In this document: positions 40,560 to 50,483 of the stretch, in pieces
How positions within the stretch are numbered: position 1 is the stretch's first letter
Layout of the letters: each line of letters starts with the position of its first letter
Origin: Candidatus Bipolaricaulia bacterium
GTDB taxonomy: Bacteria; Bipolaricaulota; Bipolaricaulia; RBG-16-55-9
Reading direction: 5' to 3'
NCBI GenBank assembly: GCA_042219045.1
Contig: JBDGQO010000049.1
Span: 24,080 to 88,079, forward strand
DNA: 64,000 nt
Translations under genes and position numbers: made by a program
The notes under the pieces: generated by a model
Seen by the model: the letters and a program-made list of their open reading frames with translations, nothing else
Databases searched by the model: none
Told to the model about the DNA's origin: nothing

Positions 40560-41627
40560 GTGGTACCCCTGCTTTTCAGAGTTTTCCGATTTGCCGTACG
40601 CAGCGGTTGGCAAGCCAGCCTGATTCTGATTGCCGTTCTCTTTATAGCAGGGTACCCGGTCATCTCACTCAACGAACCTCCGACTAGCGGCCTGACTTCC
40701 TTGCCGACGTATGCTTGGTGGTTCGTCGTCACGATCACGACGGTCGGCTATGGGGACGTCGCGCCCGTCAGTGCGATGGGCAAAGCCATGGCCGTCGTCA
40801 TTATGCTCGGCGGGATCGGATCAATCGGGCTTGTCATTACCCAGTTGTCCAACAACGTGGCCCGTATCGGGAGGCAGATCATGCGAGGTACCGCAGACTT
40901 TGAGAAGAAGCTGACTGGCCACATCGTGATCTTCGGATATCACCCGGGCAAGACGGAACAGCTCATCGGCGAAATCAACGCGGACGAGCACAGCCGGGCC
41001 CGTGACATTCTTTTATGCTTTTCGCCGTCCCAAGCCGATGAGAATCCCTTGCCCGACAAGGTGCCCTACGCCGTGAAGGGCGAGCTCAGCTCCCAGGAGA
41101 CGCTGGTGCGCACCAACGTCGAAGCCGCCTATCGAATCGTCATTGTCGGCGCGTCGGACGATCAGACCATCAACATTGCCCTCGGCGTCGTCCGATACAA
41201 TGACCACGCTCACATTGTGGCCGCCCTTCACGAGCCACATGAGTACGCGGAGACGATCAAGCTGATCAGCGAGCGCATCGAATGTGTCCCCGAGGAAATG
41301 GTCTCGTTGACGACCCAGGCCTTGCAGGACCCGGGAATTACGGAGTTTTACGACCATCTGCTCAGCAATCGGACATCCCAGACGATCTACCAACTGACGG
41401 TTCCCGCCGAGGTCGGCCAAGTCCCGTTCGGCGATCTCATGCAAGCCTTCAAAACGGAATACGGCGCGACGCTGGTCGGCCTCGTTGAAAACCCAGGTGC
41501 GAGCGCTCAATTGTGGGCCAACCCGAGCTGGAACCATCCTGTGGAAGGCGGCATGATCCTCTACTACATCGCCTCCGACCGATTTGACGAGGTTCATTGG
41601 AAGTCGTTGATTCCCGATGCCGCCTAA
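40560..41627 (+). CDS. Potassium channel with RCK/TrkA-N domain
   Basis: TTVGYGD selectivity filter, GHIVIFG Rossmann motif. Confidence 0.9.
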   Translation: MVPLLFRVFRFAVRSGWQASLILIAVLFIAGYPVISLNEPPTSGLTSLPTYAWWFVVTITTVGYGDVAPVSAMGKAMAVVIMLGGIGSIGLVITQLSNNVARIGRQIMRGTADFEKKLTGHIVIFGYHPGKTEQLIGEINADEHSRARDILLCFSPSQADENPLPDKVPYAVKGELSSQETLVRTNVEAAYRIVIVGASDDQTINIALGVVRYNDHAHIVAALHEPHEYAETIKLISERIECVPEEMVSLTTQALQDPGITEFYDHLLSNRTSQTIYQLTVPAEVGQVPFGDLMQAFKTEYGATLVGLVENPGASAQLWANPSWNHPVEGGMILYYIASDRFDEVHWKSLIPDAA

Positions 41628-41801
41628 GCCAGGCCGCGCCGAATCGCTGGCCGTACGTGCTGAGGATGACCGCCCGATCATTGGCAGTTCGACGGGGCAT
41701 GGTCTGACTCCTAATGACGCTGCGCCGCGCGACCAGATGGCTGTTCGACGTTGCTTTGAGGGACGACCTCGACGGTCCATGTGGCGTGGACGACGTTCGG
41801 C

Positions 41802-42614
41802 TTACCAGAGCCGAATGGCGAGGACGACCCCGAGCGCAGCCAAGAAGACGATCACGGCAAAGGCCGTCAAGCCCGGGCTTAGGCCCGGATTGGTCGGCGT
41901 GGGAGCCGGGGGCGTCGTCTCCTCGTTAGCGCCGGCCGCGTCGACGACCCTCAGCGCCTCGAGTGTATCGTTGCCCAACTGGCCGATGGCGAAGACGGTG
42001 TAGTTGGTCGCGGCCTCAAAGGTGACACCGGGCACGGTCAAGGCCACGTCCTGAGTGCCGGCCGGGCGCACCTGGAGATCGTAGGTGGCAGGATCGACAG
42101 TGGCATATCCGGACTCATTCCGGAACGCGACGTTGGAGAACAGCACGGACCCGTCGGCAACGGCGACGTCCACGGCGGGAGCGTCGGGCGAGGCATGGAC
42201 AACGCGCACTTTTGCTTGATTGGCCGTCGTGGATCGGTCGTCCTGCAAGACGAGCGGTCGGAGGTCATTCTTGCCCAACAGGCCGGTGGCCGCAACCGTG
42301 TATGCCGTGCCTGCGTCGAGGATGACGGTGGTGTCGATGAGGACCGGAACACTTCCCCCGGTCGCGGTGACCCGGATGCGGTGTTCGCCGGCTGCGATCT
42401 CGAGGTAAGCGCTGACGGTCTTGAAGGGGACGTTCTCCAAGACAATACGCCCGTCAACTCGAACGTCAACATTCGGGGCATCGGGCGAGAGATGGGCCAC
42501 GCGCAGCTGCGCGGTTTCGCCGTCTTGAGCACTGGCCAAGCCGGAGCCAGGAAGCACAACGGCAATGGCGGCAAGGGCGGCAAGGGCGGCAAGGGCGACT
42601 CCGATCCTTCGCAT
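41802..42614 (-). CDS. DUF4397 protein with C-terminal TM anchor
   Basis: Two RV.H.SPDAP.VDV repeats, signal peptide, Pro/Thr linker plus TM. Confidence 0.88.
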   Translation of the reverse strand: MRRIGVALAALAALAAIAVVLPGSGLASAQDGETAQLRVAHLSPDAPNVDVRVDGRIVLENVPFKTVSAYLEIAAGEHRIRVTATGGSVPVLIDTTVILDAGTAYTVAATGLLGKNDLRPLVLQDDRSTTANQAKVRVVHASPDAPAVDVAVADGSVLFSNVAFRNESGYATVDPATYDLQVRPAGTQDVALTVPGVTFEAATNYTVFAIGQLGNDTLEALRVVDAAGANEETTPPAPTPTNPGLSPGLTAFAVIVFLAALGVVLAIRLW

Positions 42615-42890
42615 TGGATTCCCTCCTTGAAGCTTTGAGAGCCCGAATCGGGTTGGACGATCATGCGACCCTGGGCTAGCATTCCATCGTTGCCCGATTT
42701 GGTTGAGATCACACCGACGAGCAAGGTGGCAAAGGTTCTTCCGCTGTGTCAACTTGATCTCCTTCACGGGCTTGCTTGCCCTTGGCTTGACTCCGAAATC
42801 TGTGAAAGGATCCGGTTAGGCGACTCATATCCGTTTGGCGTAACCGCAGACGGCGCAATCTTCACCTCAGCTAACGCGTCGATGCGTTGC

Positions 42891-43730
42891 TCAATGGCGA
42901 ATGCTCGGATCCAACCGAAACCGCGCCGCAAACTTCGTCTCGCCCTGATTGAGTTGGCACGGCGTCTGCCCCGAGCGGAGCCAATCGATGCCCCGTTTGG
43001 CCGTCTTTCCGGAATAACAACCGTCCGATGGATCGGGCCGCTCGTCCAAGCGTTGATAGAGCACGAGATGGAGATGGGCCGTGTAAGGAAGCCGTCCGGA
43101 TAACCCCGTGGCGCCGACCGTGCCGATCGGTTCGCCCAGCAAGACGGTATCGCCCTCGGTAACGTGCACACGCCGCAGGTGCGCGTATCGCACCGCGAAG
43201 CTCGGGTCGGCGCTCAGCTGCACCACGACCGTATTGCCGTAGTTGAACGAATCCGGGTTGGCGACGCGCCCCCGTCCTGATCGCGCGTAGATCACCCGGC
43301 CGCTCGCCACGCTCAGCACCGTCTCGCCGACGTCATCGTTGCGCTGGCCATGGTTCCAGTCGATGGCGTGGGCGTCGTCGCCGTCGTGGCCGTCGTGGGT
43401 GCCGGCTCGCCAGCCGTCCGTGCGAGCGAAGCTCCATCCCAAGCGGGACCTGCCGTCCGTTAACAGCTGGATCCGATCGTCATTTGCAGGGGGCAGTCGG
43501 GGCAGTTCTGGCGTCGGCGACGGATCGGTCGGGGGCGTCTCCGTTGCCGTCTCCCCTTGGGATTGGTCCGTCAGCTCAATGGGCGGGAGCGGTTCCAAGG
43601 GCTCCGACATGACGTCGCTCGATGGCGTCGCTGACGTCAGCCCAGCCAACGGCGAGGGGAACGTCAACACCGTCACCAACGTGGCGACGCTTACGACGAG
43701 CGTGCCGACGACGATCACAAGTCGGTCCAC
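42891..43730 (-). CDS. M23-family metallopeptidase
   Basis: AHAIDW, YGNTVVV, YAHL, HLH. Confidence 0.8.
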   Translation of the reverse strand: MDRLVIVVGTLVVSVATLVTVLTFPSPLAGLTSATPSSDVMSEPLEPLPPIELTDQSQGETATETPPTDPSPTPELPRLPPANDDRIQLLTDGRSRLGWSFARTDGWRAGTHDGHDGDDAHAIDWNHGQRNDDVGETVLSVASGRVIYARSGRGRVANPDSFNYGNTVVVQLSADPSFAVRYAHLRRVHVTEGDTVLLGEPIGTVGATGLSGRLPYTAHLHLVLYQRLDERPDPSDGCYSGKTAKRGIDWLRSGQTPCQLNQGETKFAARFRLDPSIRH

Positions 43731-43977
43731 TAACCTCAGCCTCCGTCAGGAACGAGGATGCAAGCGCGTTTTCGTCTAGTCCCTCCGGCATTTAGCTTGG
43801 ACGGTTCAAGCTCAACGGGCAAGGACACGGATCCTGCGTCCACCGACAATGAGTCTGTTCCCCGGCACGGGCTCGGACGGGCCGGGTGACGGATAGCGTT
43901 GCGGGCCCATCTCGCAGCAGATAAAGTCGATCCGTTTGCCAGCCAGAATCCATTCCATTGACAGGAGGTCAGGCCAA

Positions 43978-44415
43978 ATGAGCTCAACAGCCGACAAGCA
44001 GTTCAAATCGATCGTGCCGGTCGCCGTGATGATCCTGCGCCTGGTGATCGGCATCGTCTTCATCATGCACGGGGCGCAGAAGCTCCTCGGCGCCTTCGGC
44101 GGCGCCGGCATCGACGGCACGGCGCAGTTCTTCGGATCCCTCGGACTGGAGCCGGCGACGTTTTGGGCCTGGGTCGTGGCCTTGGTCGAGTTCGGGGGCG
44201 GCATGGCGATGGCGATCGGGCTGCTCGCCCGCTGGGCCGGTCTCTTGTTGGCGATCAACATGGCCGTTGCCGCGATTGTCGTCCACTTGCCGAAGGGGTT
44301 TTTCGCCAGCGATGGCGGCGTCGAGTTCGTGCTGACGCTGTTCGCCGGATCGCTGTTTTTCGTGGCCTACGGCAGCGGCAAGCTCTCGGTCGATGCAGCC
44401 CTGTCGTCGGCCTGA
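43978..44415 (+). CDS. DoxX-family membrane protein
   Basis: LRLVIG..F..HGAQKL, EFGGG, GGVEF, G.GKLSVD. Confidence 0.9.
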   Translation: MSSTADKQFKSIVPVAVMILRLVIGIVFIMHGAQKLLGAFGGAGIDGTAQFFGSLGLEPATFWAWVVALVEFGGGMAMAIGLLARWAGLLLAINMAVAAIVVHLPKGFFASDGGVEFVLTLFAGSLFFVAYGSGKLSVDAALSSA

Positions 44416-44434
44416 CATCGACGACCGGTAACGC

Positions 44435-44920
44435 CTAGACGAGCGACGCGATCAGGACGATGAGGCCCACGAGCCCGACGAGAATGAGCAGGCCACCGAG
44501 GAACCAACGGATGGCAAACTTGCGCGCGAACTTGGCCTGCTCCGGCGTGATCGTGACGCGATCGGGATGCCGGCGAGCCATGCGTTGGGCCTTCTTGCGC
44601 ATCTGAATCGACTCGCGGACTCGTCCCTCGTTGCGGTAGACGACGCCCAGGTTGTGGTGGGCGTTGATGTGGTTCGGGTCGTGGGTGATCGCCTTGCGGA
44701 AGGTGTATTCGGCCCGTTCGTTGTCGCCCTGGTCGTAGTAGATGTTGCCGAGGCGATAGTAGATCTGGGCCTTGTCGAGGCCGTGGGCCAGCGCCTCGAG
44801 CAGCAGGTCGATACCCTCCTCGTAGCGTTGCTCCCGGCGGAACTGTTCCGCACGGCTGAGCGCGTCGTCGACGGCCGCGCGGCGGTCGGTCTCGGATTGA
44901 CTAGGATTGATCGACGCCAT
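44435..44920 (-). CDS. TPR protein with C-terminal TM helix
   Basis: YYRLGNIY, AHHNLGVVY repeats. Confidence 0.85.
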   Translation of the reverse strand: MASINPSQSETDRRAAVDDALSRAEQFRREQRYEEGIDLLLEALAHGLDKAQIYYRLGNIYYDQGDNERAEYTFRKAITHDPNHINAHHNLGVVYRNEGRVRESIQMRKKAQRMARRHPDRVTITPEQAKFARKFAIRWFLGGLLILVGLVGLIVLIASLV

Positions 44921-45530
44921 CGAGCCTCGCCTTCACCGCTTGGATGTCCTGCCAGGTCAGGTGCTTCGGGCTGCCCGAAGCTCGCGAGGGATTCCGCAAG
45001 AGATAACTCGGATGGAACATGGGAAAGATCTGGATCCCGTCGCGATAGTCGAAGAATTCTCCCCTGACCTTGGTGATGCCGGCATCGGTGTCCAGCAGCT
45101 TCTTCGTGGGAATGTTGCCGAGCGTGACGATGACCGACGGCCGGACGTAGTGGATCTCGGCTTCAAGATACGACCAACAGGCTTGAATTTCGTCTCGCTG
45201 GGGCGCCCGGTTTTCGGGGGGGCGGCATTTGACGACGTTGCTGATGTAGACCGTCTCGCGCGGCATCCCGGCCGCTTCCAGGATCTGATCCAACAGCTGG
45301 CCCGCACGCCCCACAAACGGGCGGCCTTCCGCGTCCTCGTCCGCACCCGGCCCTTCGCCGACGAACATGACGCCACAAGGGACGGGCCCCTCGCCGAAGA
45401 CCACTTGGGTTCGGCTGTCCTTGAGGCGGCATTTCAGGCAGCTGAGCGCCACCTCACGAACTTCCTCATACGACGATCCTAGGGCGTTGTCCTCGGGATC
45501 GTTGAAAAGCGACATCATGTCATGTGCCAT
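44901..45530 (-). CDS. Uracil-DNA glycosylase family 4
   Basis: CLKC, VGEGPG, GRPFVGRAG, KCRPP.NR, HPSYLLR. Confidence 0.93.
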   Translation of the reverse strand: MAHDMMSLFNDPEDNALGSSYEEVREVALSCLKCRLKDSRTQVVFGEGPVPCGVMFVGEGPGADEDAEGRPFVGRAGQLLDQILEAAGMPRETVYISNVVKCRPPENRAPQRDEIQACWSYLEAEIHYVRPSVIVTLGNIPTKKLLDTDAGITKVRGEFFDYRDGIQIFPMFHPSYLLRNPSRASGSPKHLTWQDIQAVKARLDGVDQS

Positions 45531-45563
45531 GATATCCGCCGTCGGGCGGGCAAGCTGTGGGTT

Positions 45564-45638
45564 TGGAGCGGGCGACGGGATTCGAACCCGCGACCACCAG
45601 CTTGGGAAGCTGGGACTCTACCGCTGAGTTACACCCGC
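45564..45638 (-). tRNA. tRNA-Gly(CCC)
   Basis: GCGGGTGTAACTCAGCGGTAGAG...CCAGC-TTCCCAA-GCTGG...GGTTCGAATCCCGTCGCCCGCTCCA cloverleaf with encoded CCA. Confidence 0.96.
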
Positions 45639-45705
45639 ACGTTCGATGGCGATCATACCACTCGCCGGAACGCTCAACAAGCCCCGACGCGCGCGGCGCG
45701 ACGAA

Positions 45706-46206
45706 TCACTGGATAAAGCGCTTGAAGTCGGAGAGGTTCATCTCGCGCTCGACGAAGTCCTTGAAACGCTCGCGCGTCTCTTCGTCCTCCTCGTCAGCGA
45801 TCTCGTCCATCTCGATAGCGGAGGCGTCGAAGACGTCGTCGGAGATATAGATCGGGCTCTGCGTGCGCAGCGCCAAGGCGATCGAGTCCGATGGCCGGGC
45901 GTCGATCTCGTGGACGTCCCCGTAGGGGTCGCGCAGAAAGATCGTCGCGTAGTACGTGGAGTCCTCGATGTTGTCGATGACGACCATGTCCATGTCGCCG
46001 CCGAGGTTGTCGATCATCATCTGGAGGAGATCGTGCGTGAGCGGTCGAGGGAACTCGCGCTCCTGCAGGACCATGGCGATGGCGGTCGCTTCCGGGTTGC
46101 CGATCCAGACGGGAACGACCTTTTCGGTTTCCTCGTCTTTCAGGAGAATGACGGGAGTGTTCTGGTAGGGGTCGACGAGCAGGGCCTTGACCTCGACTTC
46201 GCGCAT
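45706..46206 (-). CDS. Bifunctional nuclease domain protein (DUF151)
   Basis: PVWIG..EA.AI, RPLTHDL, IDARPSDSIALA. Confidence 0.92.
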   Translation of the reverse strand: MREVEVKALLVDPYQNTPVILLKDEETEKVVPVWIGNPEATAIAMVLQEREFPRPLTHDLLQMMIDNLGGDMDMVVIDNIEDSTYYATIFLRDPYGDVHEIDARPSDSIALALRTQSPIYISDDVFDASAIEMDEIADEEDEETRERFKDFVEREMNLSDFKRFIQ

Positions 46207-46260
46207 CGACAAGACCTCCTCTCTGGACTCGGGCCGCGCGGCAGGCCCGAAATCGCGTCT

Positions 46261-46289
46261 ATTATAGCAGTGCCCTATGCGCTTGGCAA
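46261..46289 (-). promoter_or_regulatory. Sigma70 promoter for the DUF151-tRNA-UDG unit
   Basis: TTGCCA-17 bp-TATAAT on the minus strand. Confidence 0.7.
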
Positions 46290-46373
46290 AAGCCGACGTG
46301 TCCCTGGGGTCGTGGACGTTGTGGCGCCTCAATGGCGTCCAGTATACTTGGGTGCATCGGGAGGGGATGCGCA

Positions 46374-48206
46374 TTGTGCGGCATTATGGGCTACATCGGC
46401 ACCGAATCCCAAGGGCAGCGCGTCGTTCTGGACGGGCTTCAGGCCCTCGAATACCGCGGTTACGACTCCGCCGGGGTGGCGGTGCTGACCGACGACCACA
46501 TCTGGACGGCCAAACGGGCTGGCAAGATCGACGAACTGATTCGCGCCGTTCCGGACGACGCACCGCAAGGACAGACGGCGCTGGGGCACACCCGCTGGGC
46601 GACCCACGGTCCGCCCACCGACGTCAACGCCCACCCTCATGCCGACTGCCTGGGCGACCTGGTCGTCATCCACAACGGCATCATCGAAAATTTCCATCAG
46701 TTGAAGACGGAGCTGATGGAGCAGGGCCACGCGTTCCTCTCCCAGACCGACACGGAGGTCCTGGCGCATCGGATCGAATCGTTCTACGATGGGGACCTCC
46801 AGAAAGCGGTTTTGAAGGGACTAGACGGCGTCGAAGGCGCATACGCGATCGCCGTTCTGTCCCGACGCCATCCGGACGAGATCGTCGTGGCCAAGACGGC
46901 CAGCCCACTCGTCATTGGCCTCGGCGACGGCGCCAACTACCTGGCGTCAGGCGTGCCTGCCCTGTTGCCCCACACGAAAGAGATGCTCTTCCTCGACGAC
47001 GGCGAGCTGGCCACCATTCGATCCGATGATATCGACGTGTTTGACCTCGACGGCAACCCCATTGACAAGCATGCCCAGACGATCAACTGGGACCCGGTGA
47101 CGGTGCAAAAACAAGGGTATCGGCACTTCATGCTCAAGGAGATGCACGAACAGCCCCAGGCCGTCGCCGACACGCTGCGCGGCCATGCAGACCTGGAGTC
47201 ATACGACGTCCACATGGCCGAGGTCGGCCTCGATCCCGAGACATTGGAACACGTCCGCCAGATCACGCTGATCGCCTGCGGCACGGCGTATCACGCCTGC
47301 TGGACGTCCAAGTACCTCTGGCAGCGCTGGCTTGACGTTCCCATCAACGTCGAGCTGGCCTCGGAATTCCGCTACAGCGCGCCGTATCTCGGCTCCGACT
47401 CCCTCGTCGTCGCCGTGTCGCAGTCGGGCGAGACGGCCGACACGCTGGCCGGGGTCTCCTTGGCGCGCGAGCACGGCGTGCCCGTGCTCGGCTTGACCAA
47501 CAGCCCCGGCTCGGCCCTCGAACGGGCCGCCAATTGGACGATGTATACGCACGCGGGCCCGGAGATCGGGGTGGCGTCCACGAAGTGCTTCATGGTCCAA
47601 CTGGAGGCGTTGGCGTTGATCGGGCTCTTCATCGGCGAGCAGCGCGGCGCGAGCTCGCGCGAGGAGATCGAGCGCTCGCTCGGCCAATTGGCTGCCACCC
47701 CCGGGATCTTGGAACACTTGCTCAAGCGGGAACCGGAGCTCGAGTCGCTCGCCCGCCACTTCTACGACGTGGCGCACTTCCTCTATCTGGGCCGCGACAT
47801 GCTCTGCCCCATCGCCTACGAGGGGGCCCTCAAGCTGAAGGAGATCAGCTACATCCACGCTGAGGGCTACGCCGCGGGGGAGATGAAACACGGGCCGATC
47901 GCGCTCATCGACGAGCACATGCCCGTCGTGGTGCTCGCCACCCAGAACAGCGTCTACGAAAAACTCTTCAGCAACATCGAGGAAGTGAAAGCCCGCAAGG
48001 GCATCGTCATCGCCGTCAGCGACACGCGGGACGCCGAGATCGAGCGCGTGGCCGATCACCTCATTGAGCTGCCCGAGTCGCTCCCCATCGTGACGCCGAT
48101 GCTCTTCACGATTCCCATGCAGCTGTTGGCCTATCACGTTGCCGTGCTGCGAGGCACCGACGTGGATCAGCCACGGAACTTGGCCAAGAGCGTCACCGTC
48201 GAATGA
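46374..48206 (+). CDS. glmS: Glutamine--fructose-6-phosphate aminotransferase
   Basis: TTG start then CGIMG, LEYRGYDSAG, GHTRWATHG, SQSGETADT, PRNLAKSVTVE; GGGAGGGG SD. Confidence 0.97.
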   Translation: MCGIMGYIGTESQGQRVVLDGLQALEYRGYDSAGVAVLTDDHIWTAKRAGKIDELIRAVPDDAPQGQTALGHTRWATHGPPTDVNAHPHADCLGDLVVIHNGIIENFHQLKTELMEQGHAFLSQTDTEVLAHRIESFYDGDLQKAVLKGLDGVEGAYAIAVLSRRHPDEIVVAKTASPLVIGLGDGANYLASGVPALLPHTKEMLFLDDGELATIRSDDIDVFDLDGNPIDKHAQTINWDPVTVQKQGYRHFMLKEMHEQPQAVADTLRGHADLESYDVHMAEVGLDPETLEHVRQITLIACGTAYHACWTSKYLWQRWLDVPINVELASEFRYSAPYLGSDSLVVAVSQSGETADTLAGVSLAREHGVPVLGLTNSPGSALERAANWTMYTHAGPEIGVASTKCFMVQLEALALIGLFIGEQRGASSREEIERSLGQLAATPGILEHLLKREPELESLARHFYDVAHFLYLGRDMLCPIAYEGALKLKEISYIHAEGYAAGEMKHGPIALIDEHMPVVVLATQNSVYEKLFSNIEEVKARKGIVIAVSDTRDAEIERVADHLIELPESLPIVTPMLFTIPMQLLAYHVAVLRGTDVDQPRNLAKSVTVE

Positions 48207-48293
48207 TGCTTGGAAGACGGACCGAGGAGTGACAACGCTGACGAACGGGGCTTTGACGGAGCGCAGAGGAGCCAACAGGAAAGGAGGGCCAAG

Positions 48294-48482
48294 ATGGACA
48301 ACGCTCGCAAGCTCGGGATTGTGCTGATGCTGATCGGCATCGGCGTCGGCATTGTCGGCCAGATCCTGAACGCCGACGCCCACATGACGTTCCAGACGGT
48401 CATCGGCTGGGTGATCACGCTCGTCGGCGCGGCCGTCGTCATCTCGGGCGGTTGGATGTACACACAGCGCGAGGAGGGTTGA
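48294..48482 (+). CDS. Small two-TM membrane protein
   Basis: AAGGAGG SD, two hydrophobic helices. Confidence 0.65.
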   Translation: MDNARKLGIVLMLIGIGVGIVGQILNADAHMTFQTVIGWVITLVGAAVVISGGWMYTQREEG

Positions 48483-48755
48483 CGCCTCCTTGCGGATGCG
48501 ATGTCGCGCCAAGCCTTGGCACCATAGTCGTGCGAGCTTTTGGCGAGATATCAACCATGTTCCTCGTGCCTCTTCCTAGCACGGGGGTCTCCCTGCCCAA
48601 TTCGTTGCGTCGACGTCGTCTGAGCTAGCTTGACAGCGCGTTCACGAGCTGTTGTAAATACATGGATTGAGGTATCGGTCAAACAAGGTTACGCCGTGCC
48701 ACTGTGCGCGGCATTATTTTGGTCATGATCCCATCATGCGGAAAGGAGCAATGCA

Positions 48756-50429
48756 ATGATTGATCGTCTCATCACGATCGGGATCGTCGTGGTCACCCTC
48801 ATCGGCGGCGGACTCATGATCCAGCAGAGCCCCGCACCGACGTCGACGGGGACGAATTCCGGCCTGACGACTGCTCAGGAACAGGACAATGCCGTCCAGA
48901 CGCCATCGCAGCAACCTCGGTCGTCCGAAACCGTTCAGGAGGCCACAAGCGGATCGACGCCGTTGGAGGGCCTGGACGCATACGTCAAAGGCGCCATGGA
49001 GACCTGGAACGTCCCGGGCACGGCTATCGCCGTCGTCAAGGACGACGAGGTGGTGTTCGCCGAGGGCTACGGTGTCCGGAATGACAACACAGGCAAGCCC
49101 GTGACGGCACGGACGCTCTTTGCCGTCGGCTCGACTACGAAGGCCTTCACGACGGCCGCGTTGGGCATGCTCGTGGATGAGGGCAAAATCAGCTGGGATG
49201 AGAAGGTCGTCAACTATTTGCCCGACTTCCAACTGAAGGACCCGTGGATCACGCGTCACCTGACGATCCGCGATCTGCTGACCCATCGGGTTGGCCTAAA
49301 GCGGGCGGATCTGCTCTGGTATTCGAACAAGTTCAATCGGGACCAGGTGCTCCAACGTATCCGCAACGTGGAGCACAAGCTCCGCTTCCGCGATCAGTTT
49401 GGCTACCAGAACGCGATGTATGTCGCCGCCGGCGAGATCATCGAGTCGGTGACGGGCCAGAGCTGGAGCACGTTCGTGCAAAATCGCATTTTCAATCCGC
49501 TCGGCATGCTCGTCAGCAACACGAGCACGGATGACTTGGCCTACTACAGCGATGTCGCCATGCCCCACATCCAGTCGTCCGCGAGCGAGGTCCGACCCAT
49601 CGACTATCACAACATCGACAATGCCGCCCCCGCTGGCGCCATCAATTCCAACGTCCAGGAGATGGCCCAATGGGTACGTCTCCAGCTGAACGAGGGCACT
49701 TACGAGGGCCAACGGTTGCTGGAGGCATCCACGGTGCGCGCGATGCACAGTCCGGAGACGATCATCGACCCGGGCCCTACGCAAGCGCGATTGAACCCGG
49801 AGACGACGTTCTCGACGTACGGGCTGGGCTGGTTCGTCGATGACTACCGGGGCCACAAAGCCGTCTACCACGGGGGCAACATCGACGGCATGAGCGCGCA
49901 CGTCAGCATGGTGCCAGAAGAGGAGCTCGGCGTCGTCGTGCTGACGAACATGAACGCGACGCCGATGCCCAAGATCCTGAGCAAGTGGATCACGGATCGG
50001 TATCTCCAGGCTCCCGAGAAGGATTGGAGCCAGCACTACCGGCAGATTTATGAGAAGATCGGCCAACAACGTCAACAGGCTCTGCAAAAGGTCCGGGAGA
50101 ATCGCACGTCGGGGACCGAGCCGTCGCTGGGGTTGGAGCGTTATGCCGGCGTCTACGAGAGCGACCTCTACGGCAAACTGACGATCCGCGCTGAAGACGA
50201 TGGCTTGATCCTGCAATATGGCGACCTCGTCGGCGATCTCACGCATTGGCAATACGACACGTTCCGCGTCAGCTGGCCCCCGTCGGTCCGTGCTGTGGTC
50301 GGCGGCTTCTTTCTCGCCAACATTCATCTCGATGCCCGAGGCAACATCCAGTCGCTGGAACTGAGCGATGCACTCGGTCGGTTAGAGCTTGGCGAGTTCA
50401 AGCGGGTCGGCGACGTGGGGCAACCGTAA
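48756..50429 (+). CDS. Beta-lactamase-family serine hydrolase with DUF3471-like C-domain
   Basis: STTK, LLTHR.G, YQN, HGG motifs. Confidence 0.9.
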   Translation: MIDRLITIGIVVVTLIGGGLMIQQSPAPTSTGTNSGLTTAQEQDNAVQTPSQQPRSSETVQEATSGSTPLEGLDAYVKGAMETWNVPGTAIAVVKDDEVVFAEGYGVRNDNTGKPVTARTLFAVGSTTKAFTTAALGMLVDEGKISWDEKVVNYLPDFQLKDPWITRHLTIRDLLTHRVGLKRADLLWYSNKFNRDQVLQRIRNVEHKLRFRDQFGYQNAMYVAAGEIIESVTGQSWSTFVQNRIFNPLGMLVSNTSTDDLAYYSDVAMPHIQSSASEVRPIDYHNIDNAAPAGAINSNVQEMAQWVRLQLNEGTYEGQRLLEASTVRAMHSPETIIDPGPTQARLNPETTFSTYGLGWFVDDYRGHKAVYHGGNIDGMSAHVSMVPEEELGVVVLTNMNATPMPKILSKWITDRYLQAPEKDWSQHYRQIYEKIGQQRQQALQKVRENRTSGTEPSLGLERYAGVYESDLYGKLTIRAEDDGLILQYGDLVGDLTHWQYDTFRVSWPPSVRAVVGGFFLANIHLDARGNIQSLELSDALGRLELGEFKRVGDVGQP

Positions 50430-50483
50430 GCGTCCATCCGGCGTCGCCGTGCTAGACTCGGACCGACGTCGACGAGGCACCCA

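Noticed and set aside
42570..42598. 9-bp tandem repeat GGCAAGGGC x3
   Set aside because: Encodes an in-frame Ala/Leu repeat in a signal peptide; not a CRISPR or a frameshifting tract
45564..45638. tRNA-Gly as an integration site
   Set aside because: No integrase and no duplicated tRNA 3' end seen in the window
46210..46373. Possible glmS ribozyme
   Set aside because: No AGCGCC/GACGAGG core; the region is explained by divergent promoters and the leader is short
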